A stretch of 64,000 nucleotides of DNA from Candidatus Woesearchaeota archaeon (GCA_016784165.1 JADHVD010000004.1:11624-75623); one strand, 5' to 3'; counted from the first letter of the stretch, positions 26,374-36,460 are shown. Numbers and translations: made by a program. The notes: generated by a model from the letters alone, not told the origin.

Positions 26374-27803
26374 TGGTATTAAAAAATCTCAACGAAAAAA
26401 ATAGTATAATTATGTTGGCAATTCTAACAGTGATTATTTTATTAATTCCTTTATCTATTAGGCTACTAATTTATGACAATTCTTTAATAGGTTCAGAATC
26501 ATATTACCATGCAAGAATTGCACAAACAATCGCAGATGACGGAATTTTAACAACAGACCAACTTTCTTATGGGGGGGCAACATACTTATTGAATCCTTAC
26601 CATTTAGTAATTTCTAATTTATCTAAAGTAATCCCTCTTAATTCTTTATTAAAAATAACGCCATTTATTTTTGGAATTTTATCATTTATTTTATTTTATC
26701 TAATTCTAAAAAAATTAAAAGTAGATTTAAAAACAAGATTTTTAACAAATTTAATTTTCTTATCCTCTCCAATTTTTATTTATTTATTTACTTCCCCAAA
26801 CCAACATTCAATTCCATTTGTACTAACTCTTTTAACATTTTATTTCTTTATTTCTAAACAAAAATATTTTTTAATACCTTTAATATCTGTCATAATTATA
26901 CCTTTATTTGGATTATTTCACGCAATAACTTTAATTTTGTTACTTGCATCTTACATTACTATAACGAGAAAAAGATTAAAAAGATTTATGATATTATTCT
27001 TTGCAGTTTTAATAACCAGTTTTTTGAAGTTTATTCCCCTATATTTACAATACACATTACCAACAACACCTTCTTTTTTAACATTTAATTTATTCAATAT
27101 GTTTATTTCGGATTTTGGGGCATCGATGGCTTTTGGAATCTTTACACTATTCCTATCATTTATTGGATTTGCATCAATAAAGAAAAATCACCAAGATATA
27201 ATCTTTTACCTTTTAGCCATACTCATGATAATAATATCATACCATATCCCTTATTTGAGAATTTATCTTAATTTAATAACCTCTTTCTTAACCGCCAGTG
27301 CCATTTTTTTACTTCTAAAAAGAAAATGGGAATTAAAGTTAATCAAAACATTGACTATTTTAGTAATGATGTGTGGATTAATCTTTTCTACAACTTCTTA
27401 TATAAATAGAATATCACATTCAGATCCAGATAATGAAATAACTCTTAGTTTAGAATGGCTAAACAATCAACCAAAAGGGGTGGTATTTTCCCATTATTCG
27501 AAAGGACTATGGATAGAATCAATAGCAAATAAACCAACAGTGATGGATGAATTGTTTGATTATGCACCAAATGTAGAACAGAGATATAATCATTCACACA
27601 TTATTTTTAATTCAAGAAACATCAAAACTACAACAGAATTATTGGATAAATATAATGTCAGATATATTTGGTTAGATAAAAAAATGAAAACAGGGCAAGT
27701 ATGGGAAAAAGAAAATCAAGGATTATTATTCTTATTAAAAAACAGCGAAAGATTTAAAAGAGCATACCATCTAGGAGAAGTTGAAATTTGGACTTACACT
27801 TAA
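26373..27803 (+). CDS. GT-C fold polytopic membrane glycosyltransferase (paralog of 24892)
   Basis: ATG at 26373 overlaps the previous stop (taATGg). First loop GSESYYHARIAQ. C-terminal LEWLNNQPKGVVFSHYSKGLWIESIANKPTVMDE...LLDKYNVRYIWL. Confidence 0.55.
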   Translation: MVLKNLNEKNSIIMLAILTVIILLIPLSIRLLIYDNSLIGSESYYHARIAQTIADDGILTTDQLSYGGATYLLNPYHLVISNLSKVIPLNSLLKITPFIFGILSFILFYLILKKLKVDLKTRFLTNLIFLSSPIFIYLFTSPNQHSIPFVLTLLTFYFFISKQKYFLIPLISVIIIPLFGLFHAITLILLLASYITITRKRLKRFMILFFAVLITSFLKFIPLYLQYTLPTTPSFLTFNLFNMFISDFGASMAFGIFTLFLSFIGFASIKKNHQDIIFYLLAILMIIISYHIPYLRIYLNLITSFLTASAIFLLLKRKWELKLIKTLTILVMMCGLIFSTTSYINRISHSDPDNEITLSLEWLNNQPKGVVFSHYSKGLWIESIANKPTVMDELFDYAPNVEQRYNHSHIIFNSRNIKTTTELLDKYNVRYIWLDKKMKTGQVWEKENQGLLFLLKNSERFKRAYHLGEVEIWTYT

Positions 27804-27824
27804 ATAACTAAAAGATAAGATAAA

Positions 27825-29093
27825 ATGAATTTTACAGTAGAAATTCTATTATGGATAACGTACCTTGGCCTACTTTACATTTTAGTATTTTGGCTACTCT
27901 CTTTCTTAGATAATAGAGAACATATGAAACAAGAATCAAAAAAAAGAACAAAACTAACAAGATTCCCCCTAGTTTCTATAATCATTCCAGCACACAATGA
28001 AGAGAACACAATTGCAGGAACAATAGAATCAGTATTAAAATTAAATTATCCCAGAGATAAAGTGGAAATTATCATAATCAACGATGGTTCAACAGACGAT
28101 ACAAAAAAAAACATAGAAAAGATAACACATTCAAATAGAAACAGAAAAATAATCTTTATCGACCAAAAGAACCAAGGAAAAGCCAAATCATTAAACAATG
28201 CATTAAAGATAGCAAAAGGAGAATTTTTTGCCTGTTTAGATGCAGATTCTTTTGTAGAGAAAAACACCCTCATAAAAATGATCAAATTCTATAACCAAAA
28301 CCCTCATTTAGCGATTGTCACACCAGCAATGAGGGTAAAAGACCCTAAAACACTCACACAAAAATTTCAAAGACTAGAATATCTTGCATCAATGTTTATG
28401 GCAAGATTAATGGGGCTCTTAGATGTAGTGTATGTTGCACCAGGACCTTTTTCATTATATAGGTCTAAGATAATCAAAAAATTAGGTGGGTTCGATATCA
28501 ACAATTTAACAGAAGATCAAGAGATAGCATATCGCGTCCAAAAACACCATTATGGAATAAAACAATGTTATAATGCATATGTCCATACTACAGCCCCACA
28601 CAACATAAAAGGATTATATAAACAAAGAAATAGGTGGTTCAAGGGTAGTATGATAAACCTTTACAAATACAAACAGCTTTTTTTCAATAAAAAATATGGG
28701 GATTTTGGGATGCTTCAGCTCCCAATAAACTTGGCAACATATATCTTAAGTGTATGTGCAATATTTTTCTTTGGATACTTCACATTCAAACCATTATTTC
28801 GAGAAATCCATAATATTTACCTCATCAATTTCGATCTCCTTCATTATATAAGAAGCATAGATTTTAATTTTAATATTCTTGGATTAGATCTGGGAATGAT
28901 GTTTATAGCATATACTTTATTTTTTGCAGCACTAATTGTTTTTTATCTTTCACACAAAAATACAGATGAAAAAATAAGAAAACATGGAATAATTTATATT
29001 ATCTTCTACTTTTTCTTCTATTATACGATGCTTAGCGTAATTTCAGTGATAGTATTAATACAATTAATATTTGGAGTAAGACAAAAATGGTAA
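27825..29093 (+). CDS. Processive family-2 glycosyltransferase (NodC/PgaC/chitin- or cellulose-synthase-like) with TM domains
   Basis: VSIIIPAHNEE, INDGSTDDT, CLDADS, LTEDQE and QRNRWFKG (the D,D,D,QxxRW signature). TM helices at both ends. Confidence 0.8.
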   Translation: MNFTVEILLWITYLGLLYILVFWLLSFLDNREHMKQESKKRTKLTRFPLVSIIIPAHNEENTIAGTIESVLKLNYPRDKVEIIIINDGSTDDTKKNIEKITHSNRNRKIIFIDQKNQGKAKSLNNALKIAKGEFFACLDADSFVEKNTLIKMIKFYNQNPHLAIVTPAMRVKDPKTLTQKFQRLEYLASMFMARLMGLLDVVYVAPGPFSLYRSKIIKKLGGFDINNLTEDQEIAYRVQKHHYGIKQCYNAYVHTTAPHNIKGLYKQRNRWFKGSMINLYKYKQLFFNKKYGDFGMLQLPINLATYILSVCAIFFFGYFTFKPLFREIHNIYLINFDLLHYIRSIDFNFNILGLDLGMMFIAYTLFFAALIVFYLSHKNTDEKIRKHGIIYIIFYFFFYYTMLSVISVIVLIQLIFGVRQKW

Positions 29094-29836
29094 AGCAAAG
29101 AAAACAAAAACCAACAAACCAAACAAAATTAATAGAAAGAAAAATTAGTATAGAAAGATATATTATTGCAGGAACAATCACTTTATTGATATTTGCATTA
29201 GGATTATCAATGGGTTTTGTATTAGATTATAAAAGAATAACTTGGATAGAAGAACAAAGCAAAGCTCAAGAGTTAGATTATCAAAGTCTACAACTCCAAT
29301 ATCTTTATTTAAACACTATAGACGATACAGAAAAAAGTTGCCACATTCTGGGCAATACTCTACAAACAACATTAATAACCTTAAGTGAAACACTAGAAGA
29401 TTTAGAAAAATTTGAAAAAGATACTAAACTTAACAAAAAAGAATATAATACACTTCTTAGAAAATTCACAATAAATAATTTAAAATATTGGCTTTTTGCA
29501 GAAAAAAGTAAAAAACTATGTAATATGGATGCAGTCACATTACTATATTTCTTTTCAAGGGAAAACTGCCCAATCTGCCCAAATCAAGGAATGGTTCTCA
29601 GTTATTTTAAAACCCTTTTAGGAGAAGATCTTTTAGTTTTCCCAATAGATGTAGATTTAAAACAAAATGAACCAATCATACAATTATTAGAATCAATCTA
29701 CAATATTCAATCATATCCAACAATAGTTATTGAAGATATTACCTATAGCAGAGTTGTAGAAAAAGAAGAACTTGGAAAAATTATCTGTAATATTTATAAT
29801 TCTCCAAATAATCATTGCGATAAATATCTAGAATGA
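29087..29836 (+). CDS. Membrane-anchored thioredoxin-fold protein with a CPxC motif
   Basis: One N-terminal TM (IIAGTITLLIFALGLSMGFVL), a coiled region, then YFFSRENCPICPNQG...SYPTIVIE. The cis-Pro context is typical of a Trx fold. Confidence 0.5.
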   Translation: MVKQRKQKPTNQTKLIERKISIERYIIAGTITLLIFALGLSMGFVLDYKRITWIEEQSKAQELDYQSLQLQYLYLNTIDDTEKSCHILGNTLQTTLITLSETLEDLEKFEKDTKLNKKEYNTLLRKFTINNLKYWLFAEKSKKLCNMDAVTLLYFFSRENCPICPNQGMVLSYFKTLLGEDLLVFPIDVDLKQNEPIIQLLESIYNIQSYPTIVIEDITYSRVVEKEELGKIICNIYNSPNNHCDKYLE

Positions 29837-31338
29837 AACAACCATTAAATTTTATAAAAAAAATAAAAGAGAATTACATTTTAATAACTATTTTTTTCAT
29901 ATTTATACTTATTAAAATAGTTACTGCAACAAAAGTTCACCAAATAATATGGGATGAAGCAGTTTATATTGGAATGGGTAAATTTCTCTTTTCATTTGGA
30001 AAAGCAGGACTTTGGGAATCTATAAGACCTTTAGGTCTCCCAATACTTCTTGGAGCAATATGGAAATTAAAATTGAACATGATCATATTCGCAGAAATTT
30101 TGGCAGTATTGTTTTCATTGGGGAATATATTTTTAGTATACCTAATAACTAAAGAAACATTCAATAAAACAACAGCAACAATCGCTTCATTTATGTTATC
30201 AATCACCCCTTTATTTTTTCTTTATAGTTCATATATCTTAACAGGAATCACATCAACTTTCTTTGCACTATTAGCAATCTATATTTATATTTCAAAAGAA
30301 AATCTGCCACTTGTTGGATTTTTTACAGCATTAACATTCCTATTCAGATTCCCACAAGGACTTCTCTTGGTAGCAATTCTTTTTTCAATATTCATAAATG
30401 AGATAATAACAAGACACTCAATTAAAAATACATTAAAAAAATTAAAAGTAAGTGTAAAAAAAAGCTATTACCCCTTTATTTTATCCTTTTCCTTAACAAT
30501 TCTTCCTTTCTTAATATTTAATTTTTTAATTTACAGAAAATACACTTCAAAAGTATATCACGCAATCTTTAGGCCTTTTATTTTAGGTTTTTCACATCAG
30601 GCAAACCCATTACATGCAATCAATTCAATAATAAGCAATATCTCACATTATTGTTCAATCCTAATAGAACAAAATTGGTTAATCATTTTCATATTCCTTG
30701 CAATTTTCTTCTTTATAAAAAATAAAGAATATAAAAATCACAAAACAACAACAATATTTATAATTTTGACAATATATTGGCTTTATTTCACATTGATAAT
30801 AAATAAACAACCAAGATTCTCTTTAGCATTTCTACCTTATTTAGTTATCTTATCTGCTTACGGAATATACCAATTCACCCAATTAATAAAAAAACAAAAA
30901 TATTATATTAAATATCCAATCTATACAATTCTTTTAATTTTTACAGTATTTAGTATATCAAACAGTGTAAATCAGATAAACGAAGAGTTTGAGTGGAGGG
31001 TAAGTTATGAATTCCCAATAACTACAGAATTCCAAAAATACTTTCAAAATAATCCCATTCAGGGACCTATTTTAACTACAGACCCAGTTCTATCAACATA
31101 CACAGACAATAAATATGTCCCTTATTATTTTTCAGTTAATGAAGGTATTCAAATTTATATCCAAAACAGACTCAAAGCAAATGCAGTAATATATTCTCCT
31201 TCTTCGTTCGTTTGTTACGATGAAGATTGTGAAAAAAAACAGCAAGATTTATTCACAGATATTCAAAACAGATTTACAAAAGTATTTGAAGAACAATATA
31301 ATAACAAAACATATTATATTTTCACAACAGATAAATAG
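29833..31338 (+). CDS. GT-C fold membrane glycosyltransferase (PMT/ArnT, GT39/83-like)
   Basis: Polytopic. The first loop IIWDEAVYIGMG matches the DE..Y motif of the ArnT/PMT_2 families. Confidence 0.6.
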   Translation: MKQPLNFIKKIKENYILITIFFIFILIKIVTATKVHQIIWDEAVYIGMGKFLFSFGKAGLWESIRPLGLPILLGAIWKLKLNMIIFAEILAVLFSLGNIFLVYLITKETFNKTTATIASFMLSITPLFFLYSSYILTGITSTFFALLAIYIYISKENLPLVGFFTALTFLFRFPQGLLLVAILFSIFINEIITRHSIKNTLKKLKVSVKKSYYPFILSFSLTILPFLIFNFLIYRKYTSKVYHAIFRPFILGFSHQANPLHAINSIISNISHYCSILIEQNWLIIFIFLAIFFFIKNKEYKNHKTTTIFIILTIYWLYFTLIINKQPRFSLAFLPYLVILSAYGIYQFTQLIKKQKYYIKYPIYTILLIFTVFSISNSVNQINEEFEWRVSYEFPITTEFQKYFQNNPIQGPILTTDPVLSTYTDNKYVPYYFSVNEGIQIYIQNRLKANAVIYSPSSFVCYDEDCEKKQQDLFTDIQNRFTKVFEEQYNNKTYYIFTTDK

Positions 31339-31373
31339 ATTATTCCAATTATGCACAAATTCTAAACTTTTGT

Positions 31374-32051
31374 TTATTTAAACAAAGATTTCAAATAAAG
31401 CAGAATATGTCTTTTGCTTATCTTTGAAGTTCCTGCTTCCCTAATATTAAAATCATATTTAACACAACCAATTGGGGTGCCTCGTTTCACTAACTTCAAT
31501 AAATCAAAGAAAACTTTATACCCTTTTAATTCAAAACGATTACGATTCCCTTTGATAACATCTCTAAAAAATTCAGTTTTTGCGCCAAAAAAACCAGTCA
31601 TTAAATCATCAAATTTCACCCTACCCATCAATCTAATTTTTCCTAATATTATTGCAGTTTTAGACATGAGTTTTCTGAAAAAACCCCAATCACCAATTAT
31701 TTTTCTTCTTGCTCCACCAACAACATCAAACTTTTTTAATTTCAACATGGCTCTTCCAACAGCTTCCGGAGGATGTTGCAAATCCGCATCCATCACAACA
31801 AAATAAGGAGTATCAACAACATTAACCGCATCAAGTATACTTATAGTAAGTCCTTTTATTTCTTTATTAGATCTATCAACAACACCTGCACCGAGTCTCT
31901 TAGCTATATCACGGGTTTTATCCTTACTCCCGTCATCAGAAACAATAATATTTACTCCCTTGTACATCTTATTCAATATTTTTATCAATTTTTCAATACT
32001 CTCCTCTTCATTAAGTGTCGGTATAATTATAGTTAGGTTCTTCCAATTCAT
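31374..32051 (-). CDS. Polyprenol/dolichol-phosphate glycosyltransferase (GT2, Dpm1-like)
   Basis: LTIIIPTLNEEESI, VSDDGSKDKT and VMDADLQHPPE. Confidence 0.8.
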   Translation of the reverse strand: MNWKNLTIIIPTLNEEESIEKLIKILNKMYKGVNIIVSDDGSKDKTRDIAKRLGAGVVDRSNKEIKGLTISILDAVNVVDTPYFVVMDADLQHPPEAVGRAMLKLKKFDVVGGARRKIIGDWGFFRKLMSKTAIILGKIRLMGRVKFDDLMTGFFGAKTEFFRDVIKGNRNRFELKGYKVFFDLLKLVKRGTPIGCVKYDFNIREAGTSKISKRHILLYLKSLFK

Positions 32052-32052
32052 T

Positions 32053-32520
32053 TTAATTCTCCTTTTTTTTTATTTTAATTAAATCTCCTAATGTCAGTTC
32101 TTTAGTTCCATCTTCTTTAGATTCAAATTTGCCAACTTTTTGTTGTTCAATTAATTGTATTCTTAAAAATCTTTCGAGTTTTCTTGCCAATTCAATGCTT
32201 GGCTCAAACCTCTCTGATTCAATATTGTGAATCAATGATTCTTTTTCTGCAATCTTTTGTGCTAATTCTTCTTGTTTCAAACCAAGATTCTCCCTCTTGG
32301 ATTTAATGAGTTTCCCATAACCAGAAACAATCAATTCAATAACTTCTTCCACAACTTCAACTTTAATTTTTTCTTTTGTTTTATTTTTAGTTTTATTCAT
32401 AACATTTACTGTTTTAATTATAGTTCCAAAACCTGCACAGTTTTCACACACCGAAAGCTCAACACCCTCAACAAGAGATTTAAATAATTTACTTTCTTTT
32501 CCACACATCTCACATCTCAT
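32053..32520 (-). CDS. mbf1: Archaeal multiprotein-bridging factor 1 (Zn-ribbon + HTH)
   Basis: CEMCGK...CENC Zn ribbon. HTH RENLGLKQEELAQKIAEKESLIHNIESERFEPSIELARKLERFL. Confidence 0.85.
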   Translation of the reverse strand: MRCEMCGKESKLFKSLVEGVELSVCENCAGFGTIIKTVNVMNKTKNKTKEKIKVEVVEEVIELIVSGYGKLIKSKRENLGLKQEELAQKIAEKESLIHNIESERFEPSIELARKLERFLRIQLIEQQKVGKFESKEDGTKELTLGDLIKIKKKEN

Positions 32521-32923
32521 CTTTAATCACCTTAACAAGAACTTTTCTTTCACGCGGACCATCAAAATCACATAACATGATATTTTGCCATCTTCCCAAC
32601 ATTAATTTTCCATCTTTAATGAAGATGGTTTCACTTGGACCAATAATTGAACTTTTAATATGTGCTGCGCCATTATTATCAATCTTATCGTGCCTCCATT
32701 TCCCTTCTGGAACAACATCATCAAGAGCATCTAACAAGTCATCACAGATGTTAGGGTCATAATTTTCATTTATGATAATTGCACAAGTAGCATGTTGGAC
32801 ATAAATAAAACAAGTGCCTTCATCAACCTTAGAATTATTAACAATTTTAACGACTTCTTCAGTGATATCTACAACATCATACTTTTTTTTAGTGTCGAGA
32901 ATTATCTCACTCATATTATCCAT
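32510..32923 (-). CDS. yjbQ: YjbQ/UPF0047 family protein (secondary thiamine-phosphate synthase-like)
   Basis: CFIYVQHATCAIIINENYDP...DNNGAAHIKSSIIGPSETIFIKDGKLMLGRWQNIMLCDFDGPR. Confidence 0.85.
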   Translation of the reverse strand: MDNMSEIILDTKKKYDVVDITEEVVKIVNNSKVDEGTCFIYVQHATCAIIINENYDPNICDDLLDALDDVVPEGKWRHDKIDNNGAAHIKSSIIGPSETIFIKDGKLMLGRWQNIMLCDFDGPRERKVLVKVIKDEM

Positions 32924-33064
32924 TAATATTTTTTTCTATAAAAATTTTGCTATTTACTTCAATAATTTTATACAATAATTGACTCAATTAAAAACAGAAA
33001 AGAGAATTAACTACTACAAAGCAACTAATTAACTTTAAAAACTAATACCTCTTTTAACAATTAT

Positions 33065-34021
33065 ATGCCAGATACAATCATAAAAGTTGAGAACTTATCA
33101 AAAAAATTCGGAAAACATCAAATCCTAAAAAATATAGATTTAGAAATTAAACAAGGAGATATTTACGGTATAATTGGTATGAGTGGTTCTGGAAAAAGTA
33201 CACTCTTAAACTTGCTCACAGATCTTTTAACCCCAGATACAGGGAAGATATCTTACAAATTATCAGAATTAAATAACTTTTATCAACTTTCACAAAAACC
33301 AGAGGAGATTAAAAAATTATTTGGATACTCATTTCAAGATCCATCATTTCATTCTATGTTAACAGTGCAAGAAAATTTAGAACATTTTGCAACCCTTTAT
33401 GGACTACCAAAGAAATTTGGAATAGAAAACACTAATGTTCTTCTTAAATTAGTAGAATTAGATGAAGCAAAACACTCATTAGGAAAAGATATTTCCGGTG
33501 GAATGCAAAAAAGACTTTGTTTTGCATGTTCATTAATTCATAGCCCAAAAATACTTTTTTTAGATGAACCAACATCTAATCTTGATCCAGTATTGAGAAA
33601 AGAAACATGGGATATTTTAAAAAAAATAAATAAAAACGGCACAACAATAGTGATAGCATCACAACTTCTAACAGAATTAGAAACCTTCTGCGATAGAATT
33701 TGCATAATCAATAATGGAGAAATAATAAAAGAAGGTACAGTAGATAAAGTAAAACAAGAATATACATCAAATATAGAAATACACTTAGAATCCTTACCAG
33801 GAAACTATGACGTAATAATCCAAGAGTTAAAAGAAAAAAACCTTCCAATCCCAAGAACACTAATCAAAGAATCAAAATTAATAATTTATACTCCCGAAGC
33901 AGAAAAAGTACTCCATACATTACTCCACATCATAGAAAAAAATAAAGAAACACTATTAGATATAGATTTGAATAAACCTTCATTAGCAGAAGTGTTTGAA
34001 TCGCTTGTATCAAAAAAATAA
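33065..34021 (+). CDS. ABC transporter ATP-binding protein
   Basis: Walker A GMSGSGKST, signature ISGGMQKRL, Walker B ILFLDEPTSNLD. Confidence 0.9.
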   Translation: MPDTIIKVENLSKKFGKHQILKNIDLEIKQGDIYGIIGMSGSGKSTLLNLLTDLLTPDTGKISYKLSELNNFYQLSQKPEEIKKLFGYSFQDPSFHSMLTVQENLEHFATLYGLPKKFGIENTNVLLKLVELDEAKHSLGKDISGGMQKRLCFACSLIHSPKILFLDEPTSNLDPVLRKETWDILKKINKNGTTIVIASQLLTELETFCDRICIINNGEIIKEGTVDKVKQEYTSNIEIHLESLPGNYDVIIQELKEKNLPIPRTLIKESKLIIYTPEAEKVLHTLLHIIEKNKETLLDIDLNKPSLAEVFESLVSKK

Positions 34022-34028
34022 GAAAACA

Positions 34029-35822
34029 ATGAAAAAATTATTTAAATTAATCGGAAAAAATTTTAAGCTTTTAGCTAGATCTAAAACTTCTGCATTAATA
34101 ATTCTTCTAGGTCCATTATTGATTATGCTTTTAGCAGGATTGGCATTTAATAATACCAATACTTATAGTATGAATATAGGGGTTTTTTCAGAAGATTATA
34201 CAGATTTGACAGAATCCTTTATTGATAACCTTAAAACAGAACAATTTGCCGTATTAAGGACAATAACAGAACAAGCATGTATAAATAAAGTTAAAGAAGG
34301 GCACTTTCATGTTTGTCTAGTTTTTCCACCAAATCTTTCATTGAATCAATCTCAGAGTCAGCTCATTTTTTATGTCGATTATTCTAAGATAAATTTAGTT
34401 TGGATGGTGAAAAATACAATCACATCAAAATTATCTGAAAGCAGTTCAAAATTAAGTTTAAATTTAACCACTTCCATCATAGATAAACTCCAAGAAACAG
34501 AAACAGAAATGCAAGACAAAGACAGCATAATAAACGCATTAATCAATAAAAATGAGGAAATAACTACAGAATTAGAATCACTAAGAGAAAAGATAAACGC
34601 CATGGATTTATCTTTTAGTGACAATGATTTTTCAACAACAAGTATCGCTTCCAAAAATTCACAGATAGATGGTTTATTTGAATCAGTAGAATATCAAGGG
34701 ATTAACATCACAGACGACATAACAGATTTAATTTCGGACGTAGAATCAGAAATAAATGCACTCAATATCTCCTCTTCTGAAAAAGAGAGTATAACAACAA
34801 TAACAACAAATATAGAATCTAATATAGTCACATTGAGAAATAACATAACAAATAATTACAATCAATCTAATAACCAATCTAATCAAATAATTTTTTTAAT
34901 AAGCACACTTTCTCAAAATCTTGCTTCTCTCAAATCTAGATTAAGTACTGCATCAAGTTCAAAATCTACAAGCTTAACCAAAATAAATACTTTAGAAGAA
35001 AAGATAAGCTCTAGTAAAGCATCGCTTTTAGCACTTCAAACTTCAATTTCTAAAATCAAAACAAGCCTTTCTACCATAATTTCAAAAGATGCAAGCACAA
35101 TAGTAAACCCAATAACAACAACAATTAAACCAATAACAACTGAAAAAAGTCATTTAAACTATTTTTTCCCAAGCCTAATAGCTTTAGTGATAATGTTTAT
35201 AGCAATATTATTAGCCTCTAGCTTAGTTATGATGGAAAAAACATCAAAAGCACACTTTAGGAATAGCATTACCCCAACAAATAGTATAATTTTCTTTTTC
35301 TCAACTTATATCACTTGTATGATAATCATGGTTTTTCAATCGTCTATACTTTTCATAATTAGTTTACTAGTTTTCAAAATTCCAATCACAATATTCTCTA
35401 CAAATTTTTTAACTATTATTCTTTTGTCCTTACTGATATCTACAATGTTTGTAATAATGGGTATGTTTATGGGGTATCTTTTTAGATCTCGGGAAACAGC
35501 TACCTTGGGTGCAGTCTCTTTAAGCAGTATAATGTTTATTATCTCAGATTTGATAATACCCATAGAAAGCATGCCACAACACATACTCCAATTCGCAAAA
35601 CTAAATCCATTTATGGTTAGTAGCACACTTTTAAGAAAATCAATACTTTTTGGAGAAAATATAACCTCTCTGGGAAGTAACATATTTATCCTTTTAGGTT
35701 ACATAGTGATATTTTTTGTAACTTCTTTATTGCTAGTAGAATTCTTTAAAAGACAACATTTATTAAGACTACAAATACATGGATTTACAAAAAAGAAACC
35801 CAAACCAAAAACCAAAAAATAA
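34029..35822 (+). CDS. ABC-2 type permease with a large extracytoplasmic S/T/N-rich insert (YhgE/Pip-like architecture)
   Basis: ATG at 34029, 8 nt after the ATPase stop. One N-terminal TM, an insert of about 330 aa, then five C-terminal TM helices. Confidence 0.7.
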   Translation: MKKLFKLIGKNFKLLARSKTSALIILLGPLLIMLLAGLAFNNTNTYSMNIGVFSEDYTDLTESFIDNLKTEQFAVLRTITEQACINKVKEGHFHVCLVFPPNLSLNQSQSQLIFYVDYSKINLVWMVKNTITSKLSESSSKLSLNLTTSIIDKLQETETEMQDKDSIINALINKNEEITTELESLREKINAMDLSFSDNDFSTTSIASKNSQIDGLFESVEYQGINITDDITDLISDVESEINALNISSSEKESITTITTNIESNIVTLRNNITNNYNQSNNQSNQIIFLISTLSQNLASLKSRLSTASSSKSTSLTKINTLEEKISSSKASLLALQTSISKIKTSLSTIISKDASTIVNPITTTIKPITTEKSHLNYFFPSLIALVIMFIAILLASSLVMMEKTSKAHFRNSITPTNSIIFFFSTYITCMIIMVFQSSILFIISLLVFKIPITIFSTNFLTIILLSLLISTMFVIMGMFMGYLFRSRETATLGAVSLSSIMFIISDLIIPIESMPQHILQFAKLNPFMVSSTLLRKSILFGENITSLGSNIFILLGYIVIFFVTSLLLVEFFKRQHLLRLQIHGFTKKKPKPKTKK

Positions 35823-35839
35823 AAAAGAAAATTATTCCA

Positions 35840-36460
35840 ATGAAACACGCAAAAAAACACTATAAGAAACACAAAAAATCTATACACTTAGCAGTATTTA
35901 TTATGGCTCTTTTAGTATTTCTATTCATAACATTTAAACAAACAGGTGATCTAAATATGGACAAGATAAACACAAATAATGTAATTTTAGAAACAAACAA
36001 AGGAAATATAGAAATAGAATTATCTCAAGATAAAGCACCCATTACAGTTGAAAATTTTATTAATTATGTAAACAAAGGACATTATGATGGAACTATATTT
36101 CATAGGGTGATAAATGATTTTATGATTCAGGGAGGTGGATTCACACCAGATGGACAACAAAAATCAACAGACGCACCAATAAAATTAGAATCAAATAATG
36201 GTTTAACTAACAACCTAGGTACAATAGCCATGGCAAGAACCGGAATTCCAGATAGCGCAACATCTCAGTTTTTCATAAACATAAAAGACAATGATTTCTT
36301 AAATTATGCTCCAGGAAATCCTGGCTATGCAGTATTTGGAAAAGTAGTAAGTGGTATGGAAATTGTGAATCAAATAAAATCAGTAAAAACTACCACTAAA
36401 AATGGTATGGGTGATTGGCCTGTAGAGGATATAATCATAGAAAAAGCTTATATCCAATAA
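35840..36460 (+). CDS. ppi: Membrane-anchored cyclophilin-type peptidyl-prolyl isomerase
   Basis: N-terminal TM. NKGNIEIELSQDKAPITVENFINYVNKGHYDGTIFHRVINDFMIQGGGF... Confidence 0.9.
   Translation: MKHAKKHYKKHKKSIHLAVFIMALLVFLFITFKQTGDLNMDKINTNNVILETNKGNIEIELSQDKAPITVENFINYVNKGHYDGTIFHRVINDFMIQGGGFTPDGQQKSTDAPIKLESNNGLTNNLGTIAMARTGIPDSATSQFFINIKDNDFLNYAPGNPGYAVFGKVVSGMEIVNQIKSVKTTTKNGMGDWPVEDIIIEKAYIQ

Noticed and set aside
31414-32036. Plus-strand ORFs 31414-31806 and 31773-32036
   Set aside because: They are antisense to a GT2 gene that has clear DxD and Dpm1-like motifs.
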